Virus record (IMG/VR): IMGVR_UViG_3300023184_002538 | Span: 1 to 63,671 of that record | From: a virus | Lineage: Duplodnaviria > Caudoviricetes | Reading direction: 5' to 3' (one strand) | Length of the DNA: 63,671 bases | In this document: positions 51,072 to 60,061 of the stretch, piece after piece | Position numbering within the stretch: position 1 is the stretch's first letter | Layout: each line of letters begins with the position of its first letter | Program-made: the position numbers and the translations under genes | The notes under the pieces: model-generated | Databases searched by the model: none | Told to the model about the DNA's origin: nothing | The model's input: the letters and a program-made list of their open reading frames with translations, nothing else

Positions 51072-51866
51072 TTAAACAAGTATAGACCAAGTTGCTACTG
51101 TTGGGCTTACTATTAATGTTGCAGTAGCATTGTTGGCGTAGGATATAATGAATTCTACACGGGTCTCATCAAGAGATTTATTGGCTACTACACTTACTGA
51201 TAATGTTCCACTGTTCCAATTGGTTGTGGTAGAGGTATAATTTACAAACTCATATCTTCTGTAGGTATATTTTCTTTCAGGCACACTAAGATAATCAATA
51301 AAATTGGCCCACTCAGCATCAAGATCATTTAATGCTGTAGTGTCATCATAATAAGGTGTCCATGTTAGATAAGAACCTAAATTAAAATAATATCTTGCTG
51401 CTAGTCTATTTGGAAAAGATGCTATTAGACGATGTGTTACTTTATTAGTGCCATTGGCACCCCACGGTAATGTTCTAGTGCTGGTGCTGTCTGCTCCAAC
51501 AAATGTTGATGTATTACCACTGAAATAAAATTGACTAGGATGACATGTATATCTGCGAGTATCATCTAATAACCAGGTTGATGTGGTTAACAATGCATCT
51601 ATGGGAGATGCACTGATTATCGATGTGCCTGTTACCAATACAGCAATATTGGTGTTGGTATTGGTTATGTGACGATTTACTAAGTTTACATCATTTAATA
51701 AATTATTCCAGGCCTGGGTCCAGGCTATTTGTTTTTCCTCTGCTGGAACACTGCTTATTAAGGCAAGACCGTACCCATCTTCTCCAAGACCTAGAATCTC
51801 TTCCATGTTAGATTGGATTAGATTAAAATCAAGATGAGTGGCAGTGGTTCCTGCTGTAATTGTCAT
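51072..51866 (-). CDS. Putative virion structural protein
   Basis: ILGLGEDGYG, W..L..D, ARYYFNLG; TAAATA upstream; co-oriented with the two previous genes. Confidence 0.55.
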   Translation of the reverse strand: MTITAGTTATHLDFNLIQSNMEEILGLGEDGYGLALISSVPAEEKQIAWTQAWNNLLNDVNLVNRHITNTNTNIAVLVTGTSIISASPIDALLTTSTWLLDDTRRYTCHPSQFYFSGNTSTFVGADSTSTRTLPWGANGTNKVTHRLIASFPNRLAARYYFNLGSYLTWTPYYDDTTALNDLDAEWANFIDYLSVPERKYTYRRYEFVNYTSTTTNWNSGTLSVSVVANKSLDETRVEFIISYANNATATLIVSPTVATWSILV

Positions 51867-51976
51867 GGTTAGATATGAATCCCAGTATTAACGAGTATTT
51901 AGTCATTATTTTTTTTGATGCTTGACCTAATCAATTAAATACGTATATAATAAAACAATCTCACAAAAAGGTGACT

Positions 51977-53005
51977 ATGACAAACAAATCAGCATTAATA
52001 ACAGGTATTACCGGACAAGATGGATCCTATTTGGCAGAACTACTACTGAACAAAGGCTACGATGTCTACGGTATGGTGCGTAAAACCACTAATTGGGATG
52101 TTATGCCCAATATACAACATATACGACATCGGCTCAAACTACACTATGGAGATGTTACTGATTCTGGTAACATTATGAACGTGCTGCTAGAGACCCAACC
52201 AGATGAGGTCTACAATCTAGCAGCCCAAAGCCATGTACATGTGAGTTTTGCATTGCCCGGCCTTACAGCAGAAGCAAATGGTGTAGGGGTACTACGTATG
52301 CTTGAAGCTATACGTACACTGAACAAAAAGAAAAACGTTAAATTCTACCAAGCATCAACTAGCGAGATGTTTGGACAGGTGCAGGAAGTTCCACAAAAGG
52401 AAACTACTGCATTCTACCCACGTAGCCCTTATGGTGTGGCCAAACTGTTTGGACATTGGATCACTGTTAACTACAGAGAAAGTTATGGTGTCTACGGCTG
52501 CTCAGGTATACTATTCAATCACGAAAGCCCACGTAGAGGCGAAACATTCGTTACACGTAAGATCACACTGGGGGTAGCCCGTGTACGTGCTGGCCTGCAA
52601 CCTTGCGTTGAATTGGGCAATATCGATGCCCTTAGAGATTGGGGACACGCTGAAGACTTTGTGGAGGGCATGTGGCTTATGCTACAACAGGAAAAGGCCG
52701 ACGACTATATACTCAGCACTGGTAAACAACATAGTGTCCGAGAATTCTGCGAACTAGTGGCTAAATGGCATGGTATGAACTTACAATGGCAAGGCCAGGG
52801 TACAGACGAAATAGGCGTTGATCTAAACACAGGTAATACCATATATAAAGTTAACCCAGAATTCTATAGACCCGCTGATGTTAATACCCTGCTAGGTGAT
52901 AGCACTAAGGCCCGAACACAAATGGGCTGGAACCCTAAACATACATTGGAATCACTGGTTAACGATATGTGTACACAAGATTGGAATAATCAAAATGGCA
53001 AGTAA
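51977..53005 (+). CDS. gmd: GDP-mannose 4,6-dehydratase
   Basis: ALITGITGQDGSYLAE, YNLAAQSHV, FYQASTSE, SPYGVAK, FNHESPRRG, RDWGHA. Confidence 0.96.
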   Translation: MTNKSALITGITGQDGSYLAELLLNKGYDVYGMVRKTTNWDVMPNIQHIRHRLKLHYGDVTDSGNIMNVLLETQPDEVYNLAAQSHVHVSFALPGLTAEANGVGVLRMLEAIRTLNKKKNVKFYQASTSEMFGQVQEVPQKETTAFYPRSPYGVAKLFGHWITVNYRESYGVYGCSGILFNHESPRRGETFVTRKITLGVARVRAGLQPCVELGNIDALRDWGHAEDFVEGMWLMLQQEKADDYILSTGKQHSVREFCELVAKWHGMNLQWQGQGTDEIGVDLNTGNTIYKVNPEFYRPADVNTLLGDSTKARTQMGWNPKHTLESLVNDMCTQDWNNQNGK

Positions 53006-53753
53006 ACGATTGGGGATTATACAGACTAGAGGCCTGGGCGATATCATTATTGCCTTGCCCATTGCTCTACACTATCAAGAACAAGGATACGATATCCATT
53101 GGCCCATTACAGATGTTTGGGTCGAACAAATGAAACATTATGCTCCTTGGGTTAAATGGATTCCTATACCCGCCGATGCTGGCCCATTCTTTTACGATAT
53201 ACCCTTGGAACGTCTAAAGAACTTTAAATGCGATGAGATCATCTGCTTGTACAACGCACTGACCGGCCACCCTGAATTCTCAAACGAACCATTCTTCCAA
53301 TTTACCACTTTTGATCAATACAAATACGTGCAAGCAGGTGTGCCATTCTTAGAGAAATGGCGCTTGAACGAATGTATTGAACGCGACCCAGAAAGAGAAC
53401 AGGCCCTATACGATCGTAAGGTTAAGAACCCTAACTATGTGGTAACACACTTGAAATCCTCTGCTTTTACTGCACCATTTGACACTAGCACAGTACCCGA
53501 GGGCTGGGATATAGTTAATATAGACGATGATGGATATGTGTTCGATTGGATTAAGATCATTGAGGGCGCTCAGAGCATTATTATGACTAACTCAGTGTTT
53601 GCTAATATGACAGATCAACTTAAACTGGGCGATGACAAATACTTTATACCATTACATCACTTGAACTGGCAACCAGTGTTTGGTACACAATGGACTTGGC
53701 TTGCCAATCCCACCCTACCAGCACAGCATAAGACAGTGGGTACTCCGGGATGA
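52995..53753 (+). CDS. Glycosyltransferase-like protein (GT9/heptosyltransferase-like N-terminus)
   Basis: IIQTRGLGDIIIALP; IIMTNSVF. Confidence 0.55.
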   Translation: MASKRLGIIQTRGLGDIIIALPIALHYQEQGYDIHWPITDVWVEQMKHYAPWVKWIPIPADAGPFFYDIPLERLKNFKCDEIICLYNALTGHPEFSNEPFFQFTTFDQYKYVQAGVPFLEKWRLNECIERDPEREQALYDRKVKNPNYVVTHLKSSAFTAPFDTSTVPEGWDIVNIDDDGYVFDWIKIIEGAQSIIMTNSVFANMTDQLKLGDDKYFIPLHHLNWQPVFGTQWTWLANPTLPAQHKTVGTPG

Positions 53754-54124
53754 TGGTGTTTGCTCCAATATCTGTGGGCGAACTGATCGATAAGATCACC
53801 ATACTGGATATCAAACTAGAACAGATCATTAACCCATTTAAATTGGCCAATGTACGCAGAGAACGAGAAGAACTCACCCTTATATACGATCAACTGACCT
53901 TGCCAGAAGAGATTAAACATAAAGAACAAGAACTATATGCTACTAATCTAGAACTGTGGCATATAGAGAACTATAAACGTGCGTGTGAACACAAGGCACA
54001 ATTTGATCAATCATTTATAGATGCTGCCCGTAATGTGTATATTAAAAACGATGCTAGAGCCAATATCAAACGTGAGATTAATCTAATTTGCGGTAGCCTT
54101 ATACTAGAAGAAAAACAACACTAG
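53750..54124 (+). CDS. Conserved small helical protein (DUF6165-like)
   Basis: PISVGELIDKITILDIK...N.ELW.IE...AR.VY..ND.RA.IKREIN...GS...EEK. Confidence 0.75.
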   Translation: MMVFAPISVGELIDKITILDIKLEQIINPFKLANVRREREELTLIYDQLTLPEEIKHKEQELYATNLELWHIENYKRACEHKAQFDQSFIDAARNVYIKNDARANIKREINLICGSLILEEKQH

Positions 54125-54183
54125 TTACACACATGATACTAGCGCGAAGCGCCAGCGCAGATAGTTTTTGATACCCTACACAT

Positions 54184-54783
54184 ATGAACACGAATAAACA
54201 CTTTATGTCACAGTGGTATTTGACCCAGAATAACCACACTCCTTGGGCCATACTGAATAACGCATTTACTCCACTAGAATGCGATCTGATTAAATCTACT
54301 TTGGAGAAATATCCACAACATAAGGCACTGGTGGACACTGCTGACGAAAATACATTGGTGAGAAAGAATACACTGCGTTGGGCAAATAGCACCGACCCAG
54401 ACACACATTGGATTTATCAACGCTTGACAGACCAAATAACAGCCGCTAATCAACAGGTTTTTAAATTTGATATAGACTACATAGAATGCTTACAATATAC
54501 AGAATATCTAGAACTGGGCGATCGCTATGAACAACACGTAGATATGCAGGAAAGAAGTCTACACAATAGAAAACTTAGTTTTAGTCTCCAATTGACAGAT
54601 CCCACACGGTATAAAGGCTCTGACCTAGAATTCATTACAGGATATAATACTGCACAATCTGCAAGTAGACAGCAGGGCGCTTTGATCGTATTCCCTAGTT
54701 ATCAAATGCATCGTGTGACCCCACTCCTTGAAGGACAACGTATAAGTTTGGTTGGATGGGTGGCTGGCCCACATTGGCGTTAG
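54184..54783 (+). CDS. 2OG-Fe(II) oxygenase (prolyl-hydroxylase/PKHD-like)
   Basis: LQYTEY, HVD, RKLSFSLQL, VFPSY.MHRVTP, R.SLVGW. Confidence 0.88.
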   Translation: MNTNKHFMSQWYLTQNNHTPWAILNNAFTPLECDLIKSTLEKYPQHKALVDTADENTLVRKNTLRWANSTDPDTHWIYQRLTDQITAANQQVFKFDIDYIECLQYTEYLELGDRYEQHVDMQERSLHNRKLSFSLQLTDPTRYKGSDLEFITGYNTAQSASRQQGALIVFPSYQMHRVTPLLEGQRISLVGWVAGPHWR

Positions 54784-54793
54784 ATTAAACCAC

Positions 54794-54822
54794 TTGACAA
54801 CAATAGGTTTCGACTGTATAAT
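54794..54822 (+). promoter_or_regulatory. Consensus sigma70 promoter
   Basis: TTGACA-17 bp-TATAAT. Confidence 0.85.
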
Positions 54823-54850
54823 CAATATATACACACAGAAAGGTCCCGCT

Positions 54851-55273
54851 ATGCCAGGAAAAGCACTAGAAGGTAGCATTACCTCTTGGAAAAACCGCCC
54901 ACAATGTCAAATAGAAGGATGTTGCAATCCTGCTATGTATATGTATCAATATGACGATGGAGATTGGAAATGGCGTGTTCGTCATGGAAAGATCATATGC
55001 TCAGCACATCATAATAAAGCGTGGCATCCTACACTTCGACATCGCAAAGATCACTGTGAAAATCGCATTGGGTTTTTGGGTTTCAAATGTACTACTAATA
55101 TCTTCTGGGAAGGTATGCTGGATGTAGACCATAAGAATGGTGATCCCAGTGATAATAGACCTTCTAATCTACAAACTCTGTGCAAATGCTGTCACTCATA
55201 TAAGACACACAGCAACAAAGACTACTTGACAGATGGGCGTAAAACTTTGGGGTTTACTAGTAGTTACAAGTGA
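54851..55273 (+). CDS. HNH endonuclease family protein
   Basis: LDVDHKNGDPSDNRPSNLQTLCKCCH; N-terminal C..EGC...C..H. Start at ATG 54851. Confidence 0.85.
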   Translation: MPGKALEGSITSWKNRPQCQIEGCCNPAMYMYQYDDGDWKWRVRHGKIICSAHHNKAWHPTLRHRKDHCENRIGFLGFKCTTNIFWEGMLDVDHKNGDPSDNRPSNLQTLCKCCHSYKTHSNKDYLTDGRKTLGFTSSYK

Positions 55274-55384
55274 ATACCCCGCTGTAGCACTCTACAAAAT
55301 GAGTATCTACAGCGTGATCCCTACTGTATATACACTATACCCAAATACCCCGCTGTAGGCCATGCACACAATACCCCGCTGTAG
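55273..55384. repeat. Three exact 15-bp direct repeats AATACCCCGCTGTAG
   Basis: Copies at 55273-55287, 55344-55358 and 55370-55384. Confidence 0.9.
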
Positions 55385-55723
55385 GGGTCCCTATATATAC
55401 AAGAAGTCGATCCCACGTAGTGAAAGGTTGAGATTTACTTTGGTATTGGGCGTAGATCTACTTTGGTATTACTGTGGGAACACTTTGAGATATGGTGAAA
55501 GTATGGTAGAGTATCTTACGATAGCCTCTCATCCCCACCACCTTCCATTCTAAAATCACTATAAATTTCAGGGTAATTCACTGTGAAAATGGTGGAGATC
55601 TGAGTCAAACCGGGGTGAATTTGGACCGTTTTCCCACCGTTTCGTGACGATTCTGCCACGGTTCTATCACTGAGTACACTGTGGTTCTATGTTGTATATC
55701 AACTACAGTATGTGAGTAATCAG

Positions 55724-55752
55724 TTGTCCATAATAGTCCCTTATGTTATACT
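55724..55752 (+). promoter_or_regulatory. Sigma70 promoter with extended -10
   Basis: TTGTCC-17 bp-TATACT with TG at the extended -10 position; no ORF of 60 aa or more downstream. Confidence 0.65.
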
Positions 55753-55758
55753 AGTATG

Positions 55759-56068
55759 TATACAGTGAGTCAGACTCGTAGAGTTATCTAACACACAAAG
55801 AACTTGCTGTCGAGTGTAAACCATAAACTTGATGATAGACAAAGTGATCTGGAACAGGGGCCGGAAGCCTGGGAGTTCTATAAACTGTGTTGAGTACTAG
55901 TTATAAACTGTACGCTAGTCGAGTTGAATCAGTGACCAAAACCTTCCGGTGGTCAAGCATGTTGTAGGGGACTATGACGGAACACGCTGAGTGGGCTGTG
56001 CTAGGGAAACTTGCCCAGAGCATGGACTGGAAGACCCTATAGTTGAGTAGGCTATAGGGTTTTCTTTT
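55759..56068 (+). ncRNA. Candidate structured non-coding RNA (~310 nt), family not recognised
   Basis: Bounded by a promoter and a terminator; several G-U-containing helices, two GNRA loops and a 7-nt loop complementarity. Confidence 0.55.
56030..56068 (+). terminator. Intrinsic terminator
   Basis: gaagaccctatagt / gctatagggttttc stem followed by TTTT. Confidence 0.8.
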
Positions 56069-56179
56069 GGCATTATGTTAAGAATCGCAGGAGTGCCGGG
56101 TCGTGTGGCTCTTTGACAACAAAGACCCTACGAGAAATAAGTTATTGACAAAGTGGTAAAACCTTGTTATAATTATGGC

Positions 56180-56524
56180 ATGAACAAAGAAACTGCAACT
56201 CGTAAGAAACGTGTAGATCGCAATCATATCATATATGAGCTTGTGGTCAATGGGTTAAACTACATTGGGGTCACTGCCAAGACTGAGAGCACTGTACTCA
56301 AGAGCGTTCGGGCACGGGCGGCTAAACACTTCTATCGTGCTAAGACTGAGAACAAGGATTGGGCATTGTGCGTGGCTCTGCGTGAGTTGTCTGACAAGAG
56401 CGAGATTGAGATCCGCGTACATGAGATCATCCGTGGTAAGGCTGCGGCTCATCGACGTGAAGTTGAGATCCGGCGTGCCATTAACCCTGCGCTGAACACG
56501 GACATTCGCGGTGACTTGACATAG
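56180..56524 (+). CDS. GIY-YIG-like protein
   Basis: HIIYEL.VNG.NYIGVT...R...H...E...LN. Confidence 0.62.
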   Translation: MNKETATRKKRVDRNHIIYELVVNGLNYIGVTAKTESTVLKSVRARAAKHFYRAKTENKDWALCVALRELSDKSEIEIRVHEIIRGKAAAHRREVEIRRAINPALNTDIRGDLT

Positions 56525-56571
56525 TGGTAAAACCACTGTATAATACACGCATAGACACTAAGGAGCAGACT

Positions 56572-56784
56572 ATGAAGACTTGCATGGTACATGACGTTCT
56601 AGTTAAGATCGGCGATACTGTGGCTTTCAAAAGCGATCACGAGCAGTGGGGTGTGGTCATTGACATCAAAAAGTCCCAGAATGGTGATCAACTGGTCTTA
56701 GAGAACAAACACGGGTTTGATGGCCACTACATTGGTGGGCAGACAATAACCACACAACTAGCCAGGGATTGTTGGGCTGATTGA
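56572..56784 (+). CDS. Small hypothetical protein (SH3/KOW-like pattern)
   Basis: AAGGAG RBS; VKIGDTVAFKSD.EQ.G.V. Confidence 0.7.
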   Translation: MKTCMVHDVLVKIGDTVAFKSDHEQWGVVIDIKKSQNGDQLVLENKHGFDGHYIGGQTITTQLARDCWAD

Positions 56785-56837
56785 CAAGCCCGGTAAAACC
56801 AGTTATAATTAATGCTTAAACACACTAAGGAGCAGAG

Positions 56838-57128
56838 ATGAACATCACTCAAATCAACACTGCGATTCTGCAGGGTACATTTACTAACACAGAACTAGGC
56901 TCGATCATCGATGCTGTCAAGTTCGCTCGAGCACGACTCACTGAGCAGAACAAACGAAGCCTGCGTATCGGTGACGAGGTGCTCTTTACTAGTTCCAAGA
57001 CCGGCCGCACCGTGCAGGGTACGGTAACCAAGATCGCTATCAAGTATGTCACCGTTAGCACCAACACTGGTCTATGGCGAGTGCCTGCTAATATGTTGTC
57101 ACTGGTTGCAGAGAAAGAGGTTGCATAA
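56838..57128 (+). CDS. Small hypothetical protein (SH3/KOW-like C-terminus)
   Basis: AAGGAG RBS; LRIGDEV.F...GTV.KI...WRVPANML. Confidence 0.75.
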   Translation: MNITQINTAILQGTFTNTELGSIIDAVKFARARLTEQNKRSLRIGDEVLFTSSKTGRTVQGTVTKIAIKYVTVSTNTGLWRVPANMLSLVAEKEVA

Positions 57129-57505
57129 TGAGTCACTATGATCTAATTGAGCGTTTTGAACGTGATGGCTTTACCGTAATTGTGGATAAGACCTATGAAG
57201 ACATGGACCCCAGGGACAGTTTCGACGACTCAGTCACTGATATCAACGAGATCATCAAAGACATTGATCGCGGGCACCTCGAATGGTTCATGTTGCGAGT
57301 ACGTGTTCTCTTTGAAGGGCTCGAACTCGGTTCGGCCTATTTGGGCGGATGCTTATACGAAGATCCCCGCGAAGTCCTTAGTGACGGGACTGCCGAGGAC
57401 TTCATTAACGAGGCTATGAAAGAAGCCAAGGCTCAAGTATATCGTTTGAGTAAGAAGTTCGCTGCATTGAGCGAGCAGATTGATCGGGAGAACTCTTTTG
57501 CCTAA
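57128..57505 (+). CDS. Hypothetical acidic protein
   Basis: TAATG stop/start overlap; GAGG RBS. Confidence 0.75.
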   Translation: MSHYDLIERFERDGFTVIVDKTYEDMDPRDSFDDSVTDINEIIKDIDRGHLEWFMLRVRVLFEGLELGSAYLGGCLYEDPREVLSDGTAEDFINEAMKEAKAQVYRLSKKFAALSEQIDRENSFA

Positions 57506-57740
57506 TATTAATAAAGATGAAGTACTACAATGGACAGGGGCGTTCTTTATCACAGCAGGGCACGTTTTAAACACCATGGGCAGTGCCTATCACAAGGATG
57601 TTTGGAACATCATTGCCTTTGCTGTGGGGACTTTGTTGTTCTTAACCTGGACCATACGTGTGGCAAATAAGCCACAGATGGCAGTTAACGTTGCAGCATT
57701 AGCCACAATGAGCGTAGGGTTATTCCGGGCATGGGCTTGA
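57498..57740 (+). CDS. Small membrane protein (about 3 TM segments)
   Basis: Hydrophobic segments; TTG start after GGGAG. Confidence 0.65.
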   Translation: MPNINKDEVLQWTGAFFITAGHVLNTMGSAYHKDVWNIIAFAVGTLLFLTWTIRVANKPQMAVNVAALATMSVGLFRAWA

Positions 57741-57793
57741 CAGGGTGGTAAAACCTCTGTATAATTAAGGCTTACACACACTAAGGAGCAGAG

Positions 57794-58078
57794 ATGTTTT
57801 CAACAGAGAATCAAAATGCACTCAAAGATCAGTTGAACCTTATGTTCAGCGAGCAGGGTGCCGCATTCACAGCAGGCTACACCAACCAACTGGCGCAGGA
57901 GATGCTGCGCCTTTTGCCCAAACGCAAGCAGAAAGAGTTCATTAAGACTGTAGAAGCATTCAACGGTCGCCAGTTGGTCACCGTAAAGAACTGCCTGACT
58001 GGGCAAGAAGTTGAGATCCGCCGTGAAGATCTGGGCACGGTATGCGATCCTAGCACAGAGCGATTCCACTCAATGTGA
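57794..58078 (+). CDS. Hypothetical protein
   Basis: Own promoter and AAGGAG RBS; ends V.VKNCLTG.EVEI...CDPSTERFHSM. Confidence 0.75.
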   Translation: MFSTENQNALKDQLNLMFSEQGAAFTAGYTNQLAQEMLRLLPKRKQKEFIKTVEAFNGRQLVTVKNCLTGQEVEIRREDLGTVCDPSTERFHSM

Positions 58079-58136
58079 GGTTGACAGGGGAGCAATCCCC
58101 TGCTATAATACACACATAGACACTAAGGAGCATGGT

Positions 58137-58295
58137 ATGGGACATTGGGAATTTGGAGAGTTCCGCATTGGACGCTTGTTTCACTGCAACGGCAACGACT
58201 ACATCAAGCAAAGCACTCGCACTGCCCGAATGCTCAGCAACGGACGGGTCTTCTACTTTGGACAGCGTGAAATTATTCACGCAATCGCTTGGTAA
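58137..58295 (+). CDS. Small hypothetical protein (52 aa)
   Basis: Own promoter and AAGGAG RBS; MGHWEFGEFRIG... Confidence 0.7.
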   Translation: MGHWEFGEFRIGRLFHCNGNDYIKQSTRTARMLSNGRVFYFGQREIIHAIAW

Positions 58296-58354
58296 ACGGT
58301 TGACAAGTTGGTAAAACCACGCTATAATATACACTTACACACTAAGGAGCAGAG

Positions 58355-58627
58355 ATGAAAGAACTTAACGCATACATAGAGCAAGCCAACAAGTGGAACG
58401 CTCTGTTCAAAGGTGAGCAATTCACCCTAGCCACAGCAGAAGGTCGTCGCCGTGTTGCACAGAAGTTGGATGCAGATCTGAGCCCTGAGAACTTGACCTG
58501 CGATGGTGAACTGCCCCGTGCAGAGGTTGCTCGTCGTCACAAGTACCTTACCGCTTGTGCTTTACAATTGAACAAGTTGGATCCTGAAGCGGCCAAAGCC
58601 ATCTACGAACTTTACACTGGAGAATAA
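58355..58627 (+). CDS. Hypothetical protein
   Basis: Own promoter and RBS; LSPENLTCDGE motif. Confidence 0.75.
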   Translation: MKELNAYIEQANKWNALFKGEQFTLATAEGRRRVAQKLDADLSPENLTCDGELPRAEVARRHKYLTACALQLNKLDPEAAKAIYELYTGE

Positions 58628-58628
58628 T

Positions 58629-58841
58629 ATGAAAGCAATGGTAACTACTATCATCCGGCAGGAGTTGGAAGTGCCTGATCATTGGGATCGCTTGGAAGTC
58701 TTTGACTTTCTGGCAGAGCATCAATCATTCCGCACTGCCTTCCAGGGTGTGAGCAATGAAGATCAAACAGCCCGCATCGTTGATGTAGGTGTAGTGGAAG
58801 AAGAAATCACTGAACTTGGAGAGGAGAGTTTCGATGCCTAA
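58629..58841 (+). CDS. Hypothetical protein
   Basis: GGAG RBS; tightly coupled to neighbours. Confidence 0.7.
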   Translation: MKAMVTTIIRQELEVPDHWDRLEVFDFLAEHQSFRTAFQGVSNEDQTARIVDVGVVEEEITELGEESFDA

Positions 58842-59325
58842 TTGGTGCAATAACACGCTGAACCTGCGTCACGAAGATCCTGCTATGGTTGAGCGGGCTA
58901 AGACTGCCTATCGAGCAGGCAATTTCTTACAAGAGTTTGTTCCATTCCCTAACGGTGAGTGGGACTACAATTGGTGTGTCCATAACTGGGGCACCAAGTG
59001 GGATATAGGTGGTGAAGATGCTCACATGGTAGAACAGGATGCCAATGGTGTTGTGTTCAACTTTGAAAGTGCCTGGGCTCCTCCTACTGGTGCCTATGAG
59101 CAGTTGATGGAGCAGGGCTTTGAGATCATTGCCTACTACTACGAACCTGGCATGGCCTTTGCCGGCAAGTGGGAGAACGGTGATGATGACTACTATGAAT
59201 ATGGTGGTATGACCAGCGATCAGATCGCCGAAGAGTTGCCCGATGACTTGGATGAGACCTTTGGCATCAGCGATGCTGTGGCAGAGTACGAAGCAGAGAA
59301 CGCAGAGGAGGACTACGATGAGTGA
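58834..59325 (+). CDS. DUF1281/YubB-like protein
   Basis: MPNWCNN, WCVHNWGTKWD, FESAWAPP, YYEPGMAFAG. Confidence 0.72.
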   Translation: MPNWCNNTLNLRHEDPAMVERAKTAYRAGNFLQEFVPFPNGEWDYNWCVHNWGTKWDIGGEDAHMVEQDANGVVFNFESAWAPPTGAYEQLMEQGFEIIAYYYEPGMAFAGKWENGDDDYYEYGGMTSDQIAEELPDDLDETFGISDAVAEYEAENAEEDYDE

Positions 59326-59457
59326 AGCTATTGAGTGGATGGTTAAGATCCTAACCCGATAACCCTACGGTTGACAGGGTTTCTATTTGGTGCTATAGTA
59401 TACACTTACACACACTAAGTTCTTAGTGTGTGTAATTACACACATTAAGGAGCAGCG

Positions 59458-59670
59458 ATGACAGACTATGATATGTACACCGACCAAGGCAACCTGGTTG
59501 CGGGAAAGATTGTTGAATTAGCCAAGGCAGCCGGGCTCAATTGGCAGCAAACTATGAGCATTATGCGCTTCATAGGTGATCAAAAGGAAGAGTATAGCGA
59601 GCTCACAGACACAGCAGTACGTGAAATGGTCTATAGCCGTTGTAAATTTACAACAGAATTTTACGTTTAA
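59458..59670 (+). CDS. Hypothetical protein
   Basis: Own promoter and AAGGAG RBS. Confidence 0.7.
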   Translation: MTDYDMYTDQGNLVAGKIVELAKAAGLNWQQTMSIMRFIGDQKEEYSELTDTAVREMVYSRCKFTTEFYV

Positions 59671-59729
59671 TTGGTTGACAAGTTGGTAAAACTGTTGTAT
59701 AATTACTGCTTAAACACTAAGGAGCATGT

Positions 59730-59993
59730 ATGTCTAACTACCCAAATATGTCTTACTGCATGTGCGAGAACACTCTTGCCGCAATGAAGCAGATCGTTGA
59801 AGCCATGCAATCAGAAGGCCCAATGTTCCTCAAAGAAATGAGCAGAGACGAGCGCCGTGCGTTTGAGGCAATGTTCGACATGTGCGAGGCTTTCATGACT
59901 ATGACCGAAGAGTTGGAGTACGAAGAGCGCCAAGAGCGTGACGGACAGCCCGACGAAGCCCAGGAATGGGCGGACTTTGACCCTGACTGCTAA
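59730..59993 (+). CDS. Hypothetical acidic protein
   Basis: Own promoter and RBS; MSYCMCENT...QPDEAQEWADFDPDC. Confidence 0.75.
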   Translation: MSNYPNMSYCMCENTLAAMKQIVEAMQSEGPMFLKEMSRDERRAFEAMFDMCEAFMTMTEELEYEERQERDGQPDEAQEWADFDPDC

Positions 59994-60061
59994 AGGGTCT
60001 TTGGTTGACAACTTGGTAAAACCTTGTTATAATATAGTTTTAACACACTAAGGAGCACACT

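Noticed and set aside
5224-55273. HNH genes as intron-encoded homing endonucleases
   Set aside because: Both are free-standing with their own promoters and interrupt no visible gene.
55273-55384. Mini-CRISPR from the 15-bp repeats
   Set aside because: Repeats are too short and the gaps (56 and 11 bp) are irregular.
55362-55553. 63-aa ORF in the non-coding gap
   Set aside because: No RBS or promoter, overlaps the repeats and has no recognisable motif.
55759-56068. tRNA, tmRNA, RNase P, SRP or 6S identity for the candidate RNA
   Set aside because: No T-loop/CCA cloverleaf, tag reading frame, GAGGAAAGUCC or full SRP S-domain motif was found by eye.
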